Part shown: positions 17,432 to 27,995 of the stretch, piece by piece | Numbering within the stretch: position 1 is the stretch's first letter | Layout of the letters: each line of letters opens with the position of its first letter | NCBI GenBank assembly: GCA_031987605.1 | Contig: DALZZF010000007.1 | Location: 1 to 64,000, forward strand | Source of the DNA: Bergeyella sp. | GTDB lineage: Bacteria; Bacteroidota; Bacteroidia; Flavobacteriales; Weeksellaceae | Direction: 5' to 3' | Length of the DNA: 64,000 nucleotides | Program-made: the position numbers and the translations under genes | Notes under the pieces: model-generated | What the model saw: only the letters and a program-made list of their open reading frames with translations | Database searches by the model: none | Told to the model about the DNA's origin: nothing

Positions 17432-18213
17432 CGTTTTTTCTTTTTAATTAATGGAGGATTATTGGGTAATTTTTTACGGTAAGCATCAACTTTATTCGTT
17501 GAAATCAGAATAAAACGTGATAAATCTGAGGGCAGACAATAGCCATAAAAGAGAATCTTTTGCCGTTCAAAATTCCGGAACACATAGTAAATAAACGACT
17601 GAACTTCCGATTTTTTCAAACCGAGTTCATCCACAAAGAAATCATCCCCGAGATTTTCAGTCAGAAAGTTCATAAAATCAACATCATCCCATTTCGAATT
17701 AATTTTTCCTATGGAAAATCCCGGACCAACGGGCTGCACAAATTCTCCGGGTTTGGGCGCAAGAACTTCCGGAGTTGAAGGTGCTGCGATATAATCTGCC
17801 ATATCCGACTTCAATTCCTGTACTGGTTTAGAATCGCCAACATGCTGAATGTCTTTTTCGAGTTTTCCGGTGGGAAGGAAAGTGATTTTCACTTCTTCGA
17901 TTTCCTCCGGGAGTTTTTCGAGAATAATGTTCAACGGTGATGAAAAATTATTTCCGGAAAGTTTGTGCGTGAGTCTTTCATACCCTTTTTTTATAAAGCG
18001 TAACTGATCGAATTCCTTTGCCGTAATCAGATAATTTCCGAGAAGGTCGGTTTGTGTTTTTTCGTCTGTACGAACATTATATACGATGACCTGACTGAGT
18101 TTGGTTCCGTCTTCGTTGGTTACAGTTCCCATAACATATTGTGATTGTGCACAAATTTGTAAAAAGGTAAACAAGAAAAAATAAGTAAAGAATAAAGTTT
18201 TTCTCACTGGCAA
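17428..18213 (-). CDS. Secreted protein with carboxypeptidase-regulatory-like N-domain, tandem paralog
   Basis: Same architecture (GTVTNEDGTKLSQVIVYN...TDLLGNY). Overlaps the downstream paralog by 4 nt. Confidence 0.5.
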   Translation of the reverse strand: MPVRKTLFFTYFFLFTFLQICAQSQYVMGTVTNEDGTKLSQVIVYNVRTDEKTQTDLLGNYLITAKEFDQLRFIKKGYERLTHKLSGNNFSSPLNIILEKLPEEIEEVKITFLPTGKLEKDIQHVGDSKPVQELKSDMADYIAAPSTPEVLAPKPGEFVQPVGPGFSIGKINSKWDDVDFMNFLTENLGDDFFVDELGLKKSEVQSFIYYVFRNFERQKILFYGYCLPSDLSRFILISTNKVDAYRKKLPNNPPLIKKKKR

Positions 18214-18394
18214 AATTTTCAGTAAATGTAATGGTATAAGTGCTTTCTTAATGATGCTTTCAGTTGAAATGAAAGAAAGTTTAACCTGCTTTAACCGCTT
18301 TTAAGATTATTTTAGGAAAACGGGATTTTTAAATTGTTAAAATTATTTAGAGCTTGTGAGAAGTGCATGAGAGATATAATGTAAACCTTCTAAG

Positions 18395-18503
18395 AAGTAC
18401 GGGTTTTTCGCGTGAGGGATGGCAGCGGAAATCCTTTATTTATTTGGTGGCGTACAGCCCGACCCGAGCTGCCGGAAATTTTGCGCTGGCGAGGGGCACG
18501 CCA
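18395..18503. repeat. GC-rich repeat element, family shared with 27822-27905 and 22701-22715
   Basis: Local GC spike in an AT-rich genome. Shares cagcccgacc(c/t)gag and ccggaaatt with 27822-27905, and ggcgaggggcacgcc is the reverse complement of ggcgtgcccctc at 22701. Confidence 0.5.
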
Positions 18504-18595
18504 TAATTATTTTGGATTTTAGATTTGCGATTTACGATTTGGGATTTTAGAGATTGAAAGATATTTTACTATCTTTGTAGCCTTACTTAAAATCT

Positions 18596-18992
18596 GGGGC
18601 TGACCGGTTTCGACAGCAAGATCAATGGGTAAGTAAGCATGCAGAGAACCGCAGCGCGATCTCTTAAATCCCTTGCTGCAAATTTTAACTGGCAACGAAG
18701 AGTATGCTCTTGCTGCTTAATCTGAAGTTTAGTAGGATTAACATTTTTCCCGAAGTATAGTAAGGAAACAAGATGTCTCACCAAAGTTCTGTTCTGCGAC
18801 GTTGGATCTTGAGGCATAGGAAATGCGGAAATAAGCTCCGAAAAACTTCGGTTCGGGGACGAAAATTTTAGAAGTTAAGCCTAATGTTGGGTGTTTGCTC
18901 TCTGCTTTAGGTCGAAAATCAATAGCAAAATAAGCATGTAGAAGGCTTGCGTATTGCTTGTTTGGACGAGAGTTCGAATCTCTCCAGCTCCA
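18596..18992 (+). ncRNA. ssrA: tmRNA (SsrA)
   Basis: 5' ggggctgaccggtttcgac and 3' ggacgagagttcgaatctctccagctcca form the tRNA-Ala-like domain with G3-U70. The internal tag ORF ggcaacgaagagtatgctcttgctgcttaa encodes GNEEYALAA. A -7 box (tatctttg) sits upstream and a terminator at 19006-19033 downstream. smpB is in the same window. Confidence 0.9.
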
Positions 18993-19005
18993 CAATTTTA
19001 AATTT

Positions 19006-19033
19006 AAACCTCTGATTATCAGAGGTTTTTTTG
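19006..19033 (+). terminator. tmRNA terminator
   Basis: aaacctctga-ttat-cagaggttt hairpin followed by a T-run. Confidence 0.6.
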
Positions 19034-19146
19034 TTGTAAAAACAATTTTTCTCATCATTGAAAAAAAAATTAACTTTGGGAAAGCAAACAAAAAAGACCG
19101 TTGGCAACGTTTTTGAATTCCCATTCACTTAATTTAAAAAATCCTT

Positions 19147-19632
19147 ATGAAATACGTATTCCTTGCCTGTATATTTGGCATCGCGCTGGTTTCCTGTAAA
19201 AAAGATGCAAAAATTGCGGAAAATGAACTTTCAGGAATTGAGGATTCCATTATAATGGCTCCGGATTCCGCCAATGTATTGTCCGGTGATGCTGCAAATC
19301 CCTTTCAACTGGAAGTTTTAAATGAACAACCTGATCTTGGCAAAGCTATTTTTAGTTCGGCCGGGAAAAACATCATCAGTTTTGATACTCAGGCAAATTC
19401 CGGAAAAATAAAAATCGATGGAACGGAATATCAACTTAATCATTTAGATTTCACAGAAAATAAGTATGAAATTGCCGGAAAAGGAATTCTTATTACCGCC
19501 GAAAACGGCAATTTTCAGGATATGACTTCCGACTGCAACTACGGAACTTTCCCACAAATTAGTGTAAAATTCAATGGTAAAACTTCGGTTTTCAGAAATA
19601 TTAAAGTGCAGGATTGCCCCAATTACAACTAA
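19147..19632 (+). CDS. Hypothetical lipoprotein
   Basis: 161 aa with a signal peptide and lipobox (ALVSC). Confidence 0.45.
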   Translation: MKYVFLACIFGIALVSCKKDAKIAENELSGIEDSIIMAPDSANVLSGDAANPFQLEVLNEQPDLGKAIFSSAGKNIISFDTQANSGKIKIDGTEYQLNHLDFTENKYEIAGKGILITAENGNFQDMTSDCNYGTFPQISVKFNGKTSVFRNIKVQDCPNYN

Positions 19633-19671
19633 ATTTATTATAAAAAAAGGTTCTGTTCACTGATTTTTATC

Positions 19672-20859
19672 TTGACAAAAGTTTCCGAAAAAAGTTGGCA
19701 AATGCTGAAGATTATCCCCGTAAAACAAACTCAACACAAAAAAGAATTTCTGGAATTTCCTGTGAGGCTTTTCAAAAAAGAGCCATTTTATATCCGTCCG
19801 CTCGATAAAGATATTGAGGAAGTTTTCGATGCCGAAAAAAACAAATTTTTCCAGAACGGGCAGTGCAAACGCTTTATTTTTCAGGATCAGAAAAACGAAA
19901 CGGTTGGCAAAGTCGCCGTTTTCATCCATACAAAATACGAGCAGGAACAGCCCACAGGCGGAATTGGTTTTTTCGATTGCATCAACGATCAACAAACCGC
20001 AAACTTTATTTTTGATTTCTGCAAAAACTGGCTTCAGGAAAGAGGAATGGAAGCGATGGACGGACCGATTAATTTCGGAGAACGCGACAAATTCTGGGGA
20101 CTTTTAATTGATGGTTTTCATGAACCTTTATACGGAATGAATTACCATCCGCCCTATTATAAAGATCTTTTTGAAAACTATGGTTTTAAAATTTACTTCA
20201 ACCAACTTTGCTTCGGGAGGAAAGTTCATGATCCGGTTTCAAGGGTATTTACCGTGATGCATAAAAAGTATGCATCAAATCCGGCGATTTCTGCAAAACG
20301 CCTAACGAAAAATAAACTGAAAAAATTCGCAAAAGATTTTACTGAAATTTATAATAAAGCATGGGCGGAACACGGCGAAGGAAAGCAAATGGATGAAGCG
20401 AAAACCTATAAAATGTTCAAGGAAATGAAGCCCATTATCAATGAGCATATTTCCTGGTTTGTATACGAAAATGAAAAACCTATTGCCATGTGGATCAATA
20501 TTCCGGATGTCAATCAATGGTTTAAATATTTGAACGGAGAATTGGGCTGGCTTGAAAAATTAAAATTTATGTTTTTGAAAATTTTCAAGAAAAACAGCAA
20601 AATGGTCGGATTGGTTTTCGGTGTGGTTCCGGAATGGCAGAAAAAAGGAATTGAGGGCTATATGATTTGGGAAGGCACCCAACATTTGCGCAAACATACC
20701 GATTTCATTGAAACGGAATTGCAATGGATCGGCGATTTTAACCCGAAAATGATGAAGATCGCACAGCATTTGGAAACAGAAATAACAAGGACTCTTGCAA
20801 CATACCGTTTTCTTTTTAATCGTGAAAAAAAATTTAAAAGGCATTCTGTACTCATGTAA
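19672..20859 (+). CDS. Hypothetical protein, possibly acyl-CoA N-acyltransferase fold
   Basis: 395-aa ORF with strong coding character. No firm family recognised. Alternative start at 19702 (MLKIIP). Confidence 0.4.
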   Translation: MTKVSEKSWQMLKIIPVKQTQHKKEFLEFPVRLFKKEPFYIRPLDKDIEEVFDAEKNKFFQNGQCKRFIFQDQKNETVGKVAVFIHTKYEQEQPTGGIGFFDCINDQQTANFIFDFCKNWLQERGMEAMDGPINFGERDKFWGLLIDGFHEPLYGMNYHPPYYKDLFENYGFKIYFNQLCFGRKVHDPVSRVFTVMHKKYASNPAISAKRLTKNKLKKFAKDFTEIYNKAWAEHGEGKQMDEAKTYKMFKEMKPIINEHISWFVYENEKPIAMWINIPDVNQWFKYLNGELGWLEKLKFMFLKIFKKNSKMVGLVFGVVPEWQKKGIEGYMIWEGTQHLRKHTDFIETELQWIGDFNPKMMKIAQHLETEITRTLATYRFLFNREKKFKRHSVLM

Positions 20860-20904
20860 CATTTATTTTCTACATTTGACTATCTTTAAATTAAAAAAAA
20901 TTCT

Positions 20905-21570
20905 ATGAATACCCTCCTTACATTGAAGCGTTCTTTATTTTTTGCATCCATAGTTTCTGTAAGCTTTATGCAAGCTCAGCAAACCTATAAAATGTACACA
21001 GGTCCTTTACTTTCTGTAAACACCGATTTTGAAAAAACGAAACCAAACGTAGTTGGTACACCATATTATAATGTTAACTTTCTTTCTGCCGATGTGGGAG
21101 ATTCAAAGGAAAGAGCTTCCATCCGTTATGATGCCTATCTAGACAAAGTAGAGGTTTTGGTAAATGAAAAAGTATATGAAATTCCTAAAAACGACGAAAC
21201 TCCAACTTTTAAATTCAATAATTCAGCAATAACGCTTGTATATCTTAAGGAAGAAAATGGCTTTTTCTTCAGATTGGTTAACGGCCAAAACCAATTGTTG
21301 AGAAAAGAAAAGATAAAACTTCATGAAGTAAAAACTTCTGTTGAACCCAATTCATTAATCAAAGAAGGATATATCAAATACGAAAAAACAAAACCTACGT
21401 ATTACATCAAAAAAGGAGAAGAATTGTTTTTGGTTCCCAAAAATACCAAAGAACTGATTAATCATTTTCCAGAACGCAAAGCAGATTTGGAAAGTTTTAT
21501 TAAATCGAATGATATAAAAATAAAACAGGAAGAATCACTCATCAAACTTGTTCAGTATTTAAATAAGTAG
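20905..21570 (+). CDS. Hypothetical secreted protein
   Basis: 221 aa with a signal peptide. Confidence 0.45.
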   Translation: MNTLLTLKRSLFFASIVSVSFMQAQQTYKMYTGPLLSVNTDFEKTKPNVVGTPYYNVNFLSADVGDSKERASIRYDAYLDKVEVLVNEKVYEIPKNDETPTFKFNNSAITLVYLKEENGFFFRLVNGQNQLLRKEKIKLHEVKTSVEPNSLIKEGYIKYEKTKPTYYIKKGEELFLVPKNTKELINHFPERKADLESFIKSNDIKIKQEESLIKLVQYLNK

Positions 21571-21613
21571 GAAAAAAACAGGTTAATTGCGCAATACAGG
21601 AATTGGTGGGGTT

Positions 21614-22570
21614 CTAAAAAACCTCTCTTCCGATCTGCAAAATATTATCGCTTTTTCCCATGGAATAAAAGTGCAACACCGGAACTCCAAAATCCAAAAG
21701 TTCTTTGCATTGCTGGATTGCCCACTCTACTCCAACTTCGCGAACCTGCTTATTGTCTTTGCATTTCAATACTTCGGAGATTAAGGTTTCCGGAATATCA
21801 ATTTTAAAAACCTGCGGCAAAAGTTGCAGGTGTTTTTTTGTTGCGATCGGTTTAATTCCCGGAATTATCGGCACCTCAATTCCAATCGCTCTTGCCTCTT
21901 TCACAAAATCGAAATATTTTTGATTGTCGAAAAACATCTGGGTAACGATATAATCAGCACCGGCATCCACTTTTTTCTTCAGCATTTGTAGGTCATAATT
22001 CATGGAAGGTGCTTCAATATGTTTCTCGGGATAACCGGCAACCCCGATGCAGAACGAATTGTGCTGATCGCTGGTAATTTCACCACTCAAATATTTCCCG
22101 GTGCCCAAATCCTGCGCCTGTTTTACCAGATCAGAGGCAAATGCATTCCCCCCTTTTGTCGGTTCAAAATATTTTTCGCCTTTCATTGCATCTCCACGAA
22201 GAACCATTATATTATTGATTCCCAAATACATACAATCCACTAACAAATATTCCGTTTCTTCTTTTGTAAAACCTCCGCACAATACATGCGGAACCGTATC
22301 CACATTGTATTTATGCTGAATTGCGGCACAAATTCCCAAAGTTCCGGGGCGCATTCTGGTAATTTTCCGTTCAAGAAGTCCATTTCCCTTTTCTATAAAA
22401 ATATATTCTTCCCGGGAAGTTGTCACGTCGATAAACGGCGGTTTAAACTCCATTAAAGGATCAATATTTTCGTACAAATCGGCGATTCCCACTCCTTTTT
22501 GAGGCGGCACAATCTCGAAAGAAAAAAGCGTTTTGCCGTTGGCATTTTTTATGTGGTCTGTTATTTTCAT
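21614..22570 (-). CDS. metF: 5,10-methylenetetrahydrofolate reductase
   Basis: 318 aa. MKITDHIK...TLFSFEIVPP start and a TIM-barrel MetF signature across the ORF. Confidence 0.85.
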   Translation of the reverse strand: MKITDHIKNANGKTLFSFEIVPPQKGVGIADLYENIDPLMEFKPPFIDVTTSREEYIFIEKGNGLLERKITRMRPGTLGICAAIQHKYNVDTVPHVLCGGFTKEETEYLLVDCMYLGINNIMVLRGDAMKGEKYFEPTKGGNAFASDLVKQAQDLGTGKYLSGEITSDQHNSFCIGVAGYPEKHIEAPSMNYDLQMLKKKVDAGADYIVTQMFFDNQKYFDFVKEARAIGIEVPIIPGIKPIATKKHLQLLPQVFKIDIPETLISEVLKCKDNKQVREVGVEWAIQQCKELLDFGVPVLHFYSMGKSDNILQIGREVF

Positions 22571-22654
22571 TTTTTCTGTTCAAAGTTTAAGATTTAAAAT
22601 TCAAGGTTTATTAATCTACAAATTTAAACCTGAATGTTCACTCAATTACCAATA

Positions 22655-22900
22655 TATCGGTGCTTCGCACCTTTTTATGTTTGTTTTTTATCTTTTTTGG
22701 CGTGCCCCTCTCCTTTCCTACTTTTCCAAAGTTTTGAACTTTGGAAAAGTTCCTTCCGCATCGGGTCGCTACGTCCGCTCATACTCCTCGATCCGGCAGC
22801 ATTTCCTTTCGCTTTCTGCGGGGTAACCACTTCCATCGCTCACGCAAAGTGGTTTCCATTGAAAGCGTTGTTAGGGCTTAAAGCCCTAACAACGCTCCTA
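22655..22900. repeat. Cluster of GC-rich palindromic (REP/BIME-like) elements
   Basis: Several perfect hairpins: ggtgc-ttc-gcacc, ccaaagtt-ttgaa-ctttgg, aaccactt..aagtggtt, gttagggc-tttaa-gccctaac. The six-frame ORFs here are spurious. Confidence 0.55.
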
Positions 22901-22902
22901 TC

Positions 22903-25566
22903 TTAATCTGCAAGAATTGGAGCCAGCCATTTTCTGGCATACTCCAAATCTACCTTTTTTCGTTTTGCAAAATCTTCCAACTGGTCTTCTTTTATTTTCC
23001 CGACTCCGAAATATTTGGAGTGCGGACTTCCGAAATAATATCCGGAAACTGCAGCTGTTGGCCACATTGCCAAACTTGAAGTTAGTTCAACACCAATGTT
23101 ATCTTTTACTTTCAGAAGTTCCCAAATCGTCAGTTTATCCAAATGATCTGGGCAGGCAGGATAACCCGGAGCTGGACGAATTCCTTTGTATTTCTCGGAA
23201 ATTAATGCTTCATTATCCAGATCTTCATTGGCGGCATAGCCCCAGATTTCGGTTCTCACTTTTTTGTGTAAAAACTCCGCAAACGCTTCTGCAAAACGGT
23301 CTGCCAAAGCTTTTACCATAATGGCATTGTAATCATCATTTTCGGCTTCGTATTTTTTTGCCAGTTCATCGGTTCCGAAACCTGCGCAAACACAAAATGC
23401 CCCTACATAATCTTCTTTTCCTGAAGATTTCGGAGCGATGAAATCTGACAACGCCAGATATTCTTTTCCTTCCGATTTTTTTAGTTGTTGACGAAGTGTC
23501 CTGAAATAGAAAATTTCACCGCTGCTTTGAAGTTCAATATCATCTTCCTCATTTGAGTTTGCGGGAAAAATTCCGAAGATGGCTTTCGCAGTCAAAAGTT
23601 TTTCATCCAGAATTTTTTTGAGCATTTTCTGGGCATCGGCAAATAATTCCGTGGCTTGTTCTCCCACCACATTATCGGTTAAAATATTCGGGTATTTGCC
23701 GTGAAGATCCCAACTTCTGAAAAATGGTGACCAGTCGATAAAATCCACCAATTCCTCCAGATTTTGATTTTCAATAATCTGAATACCTAAATTTTTCGGT
23801 TTAAAAATATCTTCATTTTGCCAATCTATTTTGAAGTTTTGTTTCCGGGCATCTTCAATCGAAATGTATTCTTTTTCTACTTGTCGGTTCAGGAATTTCT
23901 CCCGGAAATCGGCGTAGTCGGTTTTTAAATCAGAAACATATTCTCCATTTCTTCCGCTCAACAACGCACTCACCACGCCAACAGCTCTGGAAGCATCATT
24001 CACGTGAACCACCGCATTATGATATTTCGGATCAATTTTTACGGCGGTATGCGCTTTGGAAGTTGTCGCGCCACCAATCAATAATGGAAAATTGAGATTT
24101 TGACGCTGTAATTCATTGGCAACGTGCACCATTTCGTCCAAACTTGGGGTAATGAGTCCGCTTAAACCAATCACATCCACATTTTCCTCAATGGCTGTCT
24201 GAATAATTTTTTCCGCAGGAACCATCACGCCTAAATCCACAATTTCGTAATTGTTGCAGCCCAAAACCACACTCACAATATTTTTTCCAATATCGTGAAC
24301 ATCGCCTTTTACCGTTGCCATCAGGATTTTTCCGTTGGATCTTTGTGTGGAATCTTTTTCTGCTTCAATAAAGGGTTGAAGATAAGCCACCGCTTTTTTC
24401 ATCACCCTCGCCGATTTTACGACTTGTGGAAGAAACATTTTCCCGCTTCCGAATAAATCGCCGACCACGCCCATTCCCGTCATCAAATGTCCTTCAATAA
24501 CGTGGAGTGGTTTTTCAGATTCCTGACGTGCTTGCTCTACATCTTCCTCGATGAAACGGTCGATTCCTTTCACCAGAGAATGTGTAATTCTGTCCTGAAG
24601 CGGAGCATTTCTCCATTCCAGATTTTCAACGATTTCTTTCTTAACCGATTTGTGTTTTTCGGAATAATCGAGTAATCTTTCAGTGGCATCATCACGTCTG
24701 TCGAGCATTACATCTTCCACCAGTTCCAGTAAATCTTTCGGTATTTCGTCGTACACCTCAAGCATAGTCGGGTTTACAATTCCCATATTCATGCCCGCCT
24801 GAATCGCATAATACAGGAATACGGAATGCATCGCCTCGCGCACCATATCATTTCCACGAAAGGAAAACGAAACGTTGGAAACTCCGCCCGAGACCGAAAC
24901 TCCGGGAAGATTTTCGCGCACCCATTTTGTGGCTTCAATGAAATCCAACGCATTTCTGCGATGCTCATCCATTCCCGTTGCCACAGGAAAAATATTCAAG
25001 TCGAAAATAATGTCTTCTGCCGGGAAACCAATGACTTCGGTTAAAATCTTATAACTTCGGGTACAGATTTCAATTCGACGGTCATAATTATCGGCCTGTC
25101 CTTGCTCATCAAACGCCATGATAATCGCCGCAGCACCGTATCTTTTAATCGCTTTTGCATGCTTGATGAATTCCTCTTCTCCTTCTTTCAACGAAATGGA
25201 ATTCACGACCGGTTTTCCCTGAACGACCTGCAATCCTGCCTCCAGAATTTCCCATTTGGATGAGTCAATCATTATCGGAATCCGTGCTATATCGGGTTCG
25301 GAAGCAATCAGATTTAAAAATTTAATCATAGATGCTTTTCCATCCAGAAGTCCGTCATCAAAATTAACATCGAGAATCTGCGCTCCTCCTTCAACCTGGT
25401 TTCTGGCAATATCCAGCGCTTCGGAAAATTTTTCTTCTTTGATGAGTCGCAGGAATTTTTTAGAACCCGCAACATTGGTTCGCTCTCCAACATTGATAAA
25501 GTTGGAGTCGGGTGTTATTATTAATGGTTCGAGACCAGAGAGTTTTAAATAATTCAGCGTTTTCAT
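22903..25566 (-). CDS. metH: Methionine synthase, pterin-binding plus B12-binding plus AdoMet-activation domains (split MetH, large subunit)
   Basis: 887 aa. Begins at the MetH pterin-binding region (LSGLEPL...[11 protein letters not shown]), has the B12-binding DxHxxG ([11 protein letters not shown]) and the C-terminal activation domain. Confidence 0.9.
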   Translation of the reverse strand: MKTLNYLKLSGLEPLIITPDSNFINVGERTNVAGSKKFLRLIKEEKFSEALDIARNQVEGGAQILDVNFDDGLLDGKASMIKFLNLIASEPDIARIPIMIDSSKWEILEAGLQVVQGKPVVNSISLKEGEEEFIKHAKAIKRYGAAAIIMAFDEQGQADNYDRRIEICTRSYKILTEVIGFPAEDIIFDLNIFPVATGMDEHRRNALDFIEATKWVRENLPGVSVSGGVSNVSFSFRGNDMVREAMHSVFLYYAIQAGMNMGIVNPTMLEVYDEIPKDLLELVEDVMLDRRDDATERLLDYSEKHKSVKKEIVENLEWRNAPLQDRITHSLVKGIDRFIEEDVEQARQESEKPLHVIEGHLMTGMGVVGDLFGSGKMFLPQVVKSARVMKKAVAYLQPFIEAEKDSTQRSNGKILMATVKGDVHDIGKNIVSVVLGCNNYEIVDLGVMVPAEKIIQTAIEENVDVIGLSGLITPSLDEMVHVANELQRQNLNFPLLIGGATTSKAHTAVKIDPKYHNAVVHVNDASRAVGVVSALLSGRNGEYVSDLKTDYADFREKFLNRQVEKEYISIEDARKQNFKIDWQNEDIFKPKNLGIQIIENQNLEELVDFIDWSPFFRSWDLHGKYPNILTDNVVGEQATELFADAQKMLKKILDEKLLTAKAIFGIFPANSNEEDDIELQSSGEIFYFRTLRQQLKKSEGKEYLALSDFIAPKSSGKEDYVGAFCVCAGFGTDELAKKYEAENDDYNAIMVKALADRFAEAFAEFLHKKVRTEIWGYAANEDLDNEALISEKYKGIRPAPGYPACPDHLDKLTIWELLKVKDNIGVELTSSLAMWPTAAVSGYYFGSPHSKYFGVGKIKEDQLEDFAKRKKVDLEYARKWLAPILAD

Positions 25567-25582
25567 ATTTTACTTTTGAGTA

Positions 25583-25682
25583 GGGAGAGGTCTGAAAGAC
25601 CTCTATCAATAACATGGGGCAAAGCCCTATGAAAAAATGGGTTGCACAGGAAGTGCAGCGGAGCCCTGAAAGGGCGACAGCT
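25583..25682. repeat. REP-like element, copy 1
   Basis: gaggtc-tgaaa-gacctc hairpin plus caaagccctatg and gccctgaaagggc palindromes. About 75% identical to 26215-26305 and to the reverse complement of 26401-26452. Confidence 0.6.
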
Positions 25683-25693
25683 AATTTCCGACA

Positions 25694-26146
25694 TTAATCC
25701 CAAATATATTTATCATCATATTCAACATTATATTTTTTAAGAAAAGCCAAAAACTCTTCCTGAAATGTTCTTTTTTGATGGTGTTCTTCCTGATTTTCAA
25801 TATAACTTACAACAATATCCAGCTCAGTAGGATTTACCGAAAATGCACCATACCCGTTCTGCCAGTAGAAATCAGAGTATTGTTCCCCTTTTGTTTTGAT
25901 CCATTTCGAGGAATTAGATTTTACCTTTTCAATTACATCCATCAAAGAAATTTTCTTCGAAAGTAAGCAGAGAATATGGACATGATCTTTATATCCACCA
26001 ACTTTTATCGGATTGCATTCTAAATTTTTACATATTCCACCTAAATATGAGAACAACTCATTTTCAATCTCTTTTGAAATTTTTGGTTCACGATGTTTTG
26101 TGCTGAAAACAATGTGAACATAAATTTTGTGCAATGATTGTCCCAT
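25694..26146 (-). CDS. IS200-like Y1 transposase with no TnpB, flanked by REPs: REP-associated tyrosine transposase (RAYT)
   Basis: 150 aa. HuH motif (HVHIL) and the conserved Tyr region (YWQNGYGAFS) of the IS200/IS605 TnpA fold. No tnpB partner. REP-like palindromes on both sides. Confidence 0.8.
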   Translation of the reverse strand: MGQSLHKIYVHIVFSTKHREPKISKEIENELFSYLGGICKNLECNPIKVGGYKDHVHILCLLSKKISLMDVIEKVKSNSSKWIKTKGEQYSDFYWQNGYGAFSVNPTELDIVVSYIENQEEHHQKRTFQEEFLAFLKKYNVEYDDKYIWD

Positions 26147-26214
26147 AATTTTTTAGCGTTATTTCCTTGTTAAATTTTTAATTCATTTCATTTTTTTTAT
26201 AATCCGATTTTTTC

Positions 26215-26305
26215 GGAGTGAGGTCTGAAAGACCATAAGCAATAACATAGGGTACAGCCCTATGAAAAATATGCGGGCAATGCAGAGCCTTGAAAGGGCG
26301 ATATC
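26215..26305. repeat. REP-like element, copy 2 (direct)
   Basis: gaggtctgaaagacc...catagggtacagccctatg...gccttgaaagggc, same family as copy 1. Confidence 0.6.
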
Positions 26306-26400
26306 TTTTTTACAAATTGTCCAAACATTGAATCCTTATTGCATTTTATTTAATTATTGATTTCGGTCTTTCATACCTCCAATTAACTTGTTTCATAATT

Positions 26401-26452
26401 CCCGTAGGGCTTCGCCCTATGCTATTGATCGAGGTCTTTCAGACCTCTCCTT
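26401..26452. repeat. REP-like element, copy 3 (inverted)
   Basis: The reverse complement reads ggagaggtctgaaagacctcgatcaatagcatagggcgaagccctacggg, matching the 5' part of copies 1 and 2. Confidence 0.6.
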
Positions 26453-26654
26453 CTGATCAATATCAAACCATATTCAACTGGGCTATATTTTATACTACAA
26501 ACGGAGACCTTTCATGTCCCACTTTATTCATCATCATTTTTATCGTGCTTTATCCAATTTTCTTGATTTCGCCACTTCGTGGCTCAAAAAATATCGACAA
26601 TTCACTCTTTCAATTTAACAATCAAATTGACTTCGTCCAACCACTTTATTACGT

Positions 26655-26722
26655 TTCTTCGCTTTGCTCAGAATGACACACGTAGAAATTGTTACACGGA
26701 TAGATTGCTATATTGTTACATT
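26655..26722. repeat. 3'-end repeat family, copy B
   Basis: gctcagaatgacacacg...attgttacacgg...tattgttacatta. Overlaps the metH Hcy-domain stop codon. Related to 29175-29258 and 27950-27995. Confidence 0.5.
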
Positions 26723-27718
26723 ATGCCTTCTCGGTTTATAATCTTTCACCAAATCTGCAATGGCTTTGATATGTTCCGGAGTGGTGCCACAACAACCGCC
26801 GATAATATTGATTAATCTTTTGTCCACATACTCCTTAATCTGCGAAGCCATGTGTTCCGGGGTTTCATCGTAATGACCGAAAGCGTTTGGTAATCCGGCA
26901 TTCGGATAGGCAGAAATATGAAACTCGGAATTGGCGGAAATCGTTTCCAGATAAGGAGTTAACTGTTTTGCTCCCAAAGCGCAATTAAAACCAACTGAAA
27001 GCAAATTTAGATGCGAAACAGAAATTAAAAATGCTTCCGCAGTTTGCCCGCTCAATGTTCTTCCGGAAGCATCGGTAATGGTTCCCGAAACCATAATCGG
27101 AATCTGAATATTGCGCTCGTCCTGAATTTCATCAATCGCAAAAAGAGCGGCTTTTGCATTTAAGGTATCAAAAATAGTTTCCACCAAAAGGATATCGGAA
27201 CCACCGTCCAATAATGCTTCTGCCTGTTGTTTGTAAGCAATTCTCAGTTCATCAAACGTAATCGCACGAAATCCGGGATCATTCACATCCGGAGAAAGTG
27301 AAGCGGTTTTATTGGTTGGTCCCATTGAACCCGCTACAAATCTTGGTTTTTCCGGATTTAATGCCGTAAATTCATCACAGACTTTTCGGGCAATTTTTGC
27401 GGATTCGTAATTCAGTTCATACACCAAATCTTCCATGTGATAATCTGCCATCGCAATCGTGGTTCCGGAAAACGTATTGGTTTCGATGATGTCGGCTCCG
27501 GCTTCCAGATATTTCCGATGTACTTCTTCAATGGCTTTTGGCTGGGTTAAAGAAAGTAAATCGTTGTTGCCTTTTACCGGAGATTTCCAGTCTTTGAAAC
27601 GTTCTCCGCGATAATCTTCTTCTTCGAAACCATAGCGCTGAAGCATGGTTCCCATTGCGCCGTCCAAGACTAAAATTCTTTCGCTTAAGGCTTTATATAG
27701 TTGTTGTGAGTTTTTCAT
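26708..27718 (-). CDS. Homocysteine S-methyltransferase domain protein (split MetH, Hcy-binding subunit)
   Basis: 336 aa. [12 protein letters not shown] start and the C-terminal zinc-ligand [11 protein letters not shown] motif of the MetH N-terminal domain. Confidence 0.85.
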   Translation of the reverse strand: MKNSQQLYKALSERILVLDGAMGTMLQRYGFEEEDYRGERFKDWKSPVKGNNDLLSLTQPKAIEEVHRKYLEAGADIIETNTFSGTTIAMADYHMEDLVYELNYESAKIARKVCDEFTALNPEKPRFVAGSMGPTNKTASLSPDVNDPGFRAITFDELRIAYKQQAEALLDGGSDILLVETIFDTLNAKAALFAIDEIQDERNIQIPIMVSGTITDASGRTLSGQTAEAFLISVSHLNLLSVGFNCALGAKQLTPYLETISANSEFHISAYPNAGLPNAFGHYDETPEHMASQIKEYVDKRLINIIGGCCGTTPEHIKAIADLVKDYKPRRHNVTI

Positions 27719-27821
27719 ATTTTCATTTTTTTGTCATTACGAGGAGTTGAAAATTCTTTTTCAAGGAAGTAATCCGTTTCAATTTGCTTAAATTATTCTC
27801 TTCATTATCTACTTTTCACAA

Positions 27822-27905
27822 TCCGCAGCCCGACCTGAGTGGAGCTCTTTTTGCGCAGCGAAGCGGAGCAAAAAAGCGGGAACGGAGGGCGGAAATTGCT
27901 GCCAT
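27822..27905. repeat. GC-rich repeat element, same family as 18395-18503
   Basis: ccgcagcccgacctgag...gcgcagcgaagcggagc...ggcggaaattgctgcc. Contains the imperfect palindrome ctttttgc...gcaaaaag. Confidence 0.5.
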
Positions 27906-27949
27906 AATAATTACTATTTTTGAATTTTCATTAATAATATTGAGATTGC

Positions 27950-27995
27950 CACGCTTCACTTTGTTACACTCGCAATGACACAACTAATCAAGAGC
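27950..27995. repeat. 3'-end repeat family, copy C (short)
   Basis: tttgttacactcgcaatgacacaactaatc overlapping the metB/Z stop codon. Confidence 0.4.

Noticed and set aside
22533-22906. ORFs 22533..22826 and 22634..22906, plus 27784..27978 and 26419..26815, proposed as coding.
   Set aside because: They lie inside GC-rich palindromic repeat clusters or REP elements, with composition unlike neighbouring genes. Their reading frames are by-products of the repeats.
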